Shown one piece after another: positions 62,677 to 64,000 of a DNA stretch of 64,000 nt (its first letter is position 1; each line of letters starts with the position of its first letter). A model generated the notes under the pieces. It saw nothing but the letters and a program-made list of their open reading frames with translations, was not told where the DNA came from and made no database searches. The position numbers and the translations under genes were made by a program. Source of the stretch: Amphiscolops sp. MND2022 (taxonomy: Eukaryota); contig OZ076409.1 of NCBI GenBank assembly GCA_964187785.1, positions 24,554,001 through 24,618,000 on the forward strand, in the 5' to 3' direction.

Positions 62677-63370
62677 TTCGTCGGCGCTTTTCTAGAAAAG
62701 TTCCCGGCAATTACAGTAGCTAGTTTTTTTTAGTCAGCGCTTTTCTTGAGAAAAGTGCCCGACTATTACAGTGGCTTTTTTTTTCGTTTTTTTTTTCGTC
62801 AGACCACAGAGCTCACGCTGTATATACCACTTTTTAGTAGATACTTTAATCGGTTTAGGAGAAACAGTGGTCGCGGGTTCGAGTCCCTGATTCATGCAAA
62901 AACTTTTTCGTGCATTTGCAAAACCGGAAGACACTGAAGGGTATCCCCTTTCAATTTTTTGGCACAGACTTTTTTCGAGAATTTTTTTCCAAAGGGACCT
63001 CCTTAATTTTTTTGAAATTTTTTCCAACAAACCGGAGTTTCAAAAAGCTCAAAGGGTCTCTTTTACATTTTTAGACATGTAAACTGCGAGACGGTTTCAA
63101 AATTCTCATTTTTTGTCTGAAATTATGTCATTCTCAATATATACCCACAAATAATTTTTTCAATACTATCCGAAATTCTGACATAATATCCGGAGTAAAG
63201 CGCTACATCCGAATTTTCCACGTTATATCCGAACTATATTGCGTTTTACTAGGGAGGAGGGGGAGGTTCGAAAACAGGTGTTTTTCATAAAAAACGTCGG
63301 ACGCATATTTCAAAAACTGCGTTTTTGGAGCCTTAGAGATAGTGCCGACTTTAAACTTTCCCGACTTGTT
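62677..63370 (+). mobile_element. HINE copy with doubled head
   Basis: Heads at about 62680 and 62730; end GTGCCGACTTTAAACTTTCCCGACTTGTT. Confidence 0.75.
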
Positions 63371-64000
63371 TCTTATAGCAGCGAGGCAGATCTTTCTCTG
63401 AGACGACGCAAACGAGTGATAGTTATTCGTACGCCGAGTTCATTGAGATGTCGCGAACGAGTGTTAATTATCCGTACGTCGAGAGTTTCGCATGCATTCG
63501 AATTAAAGACCGGATAATTATAAACATGAGTAAAGGTTAAAAGTAAAGGTTGTGAGAAAATGTCTATTTTTTTTTCATTTTGAATGCAAAATCAGGCAAC
63601 ATCGTTGCGGGTAAATGGAAATTGGCAAAGTTGATTTTCTGGGTAATATAAGCCTCCGCTTTCTACGCATTCACTGCGCATATTTTGTTTTTCTGAGAAA
63701 TATAGGTGAAAATAAGCAAATGTGTTTTGAAAATTTTCGACCAAACATGGGAATCACATACATGTTATTTGTTTACAGAGAGATCCGGTCCCTGATGCGA
63801 ATGCGGAACGTCATATGCTCTTAGTAGTTGTGATACTTACTTCAGATGCTTTTATTGAACATTAAAGTTAATGGTTATAGTAGCTTAAAGCAGAAATTTT
63901 CAGCTTATAGTTTTTTAGCAACATTTGTTATGTCAGCCAATAAAGTTATGCAATTGGAACAGTTTAAAAAATACAAAAGTTTTTTGATAGTTTTTGTCTC

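Overview
AT-rich, repeat-dense animal (invertebrate-like) genomic DNA with spliceosomal introns. It holds three + strand host genes: the 3' 13 exons of a cGMP-dependent protein kinase (5200-30964), a complete 6-exon RCC1L/WBSCR16-like gene (54281-59294), and the first two coding exons of a probable mitochondrial protein (61678 onward, weakly mL40-like). Introns and intergenic DNA are dominated by one non-autonomous Helentron/DINE-1-like family (about 25 copies or fragments by eye), several hAT-, Merlin/Mutator- and pogo-like MITEs with clean TSDs, decayed LINE and Copia remnants, and local tandem duplications. A decayed CsRn1-type Gypsy LTR element (35751-40803, minus strand) is the most unusual object. 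Its integrase ends in an ING-type PHD finger, its 3' LTR carries a 1.18-kb orphan coding cassette flanked by a 12-bp duplication, and it belongs to a four-level nest. The PKG has an intact cGMP site A but a degenerate site B. All calls come from manual reading and remembered family motifs; no database searches were run.
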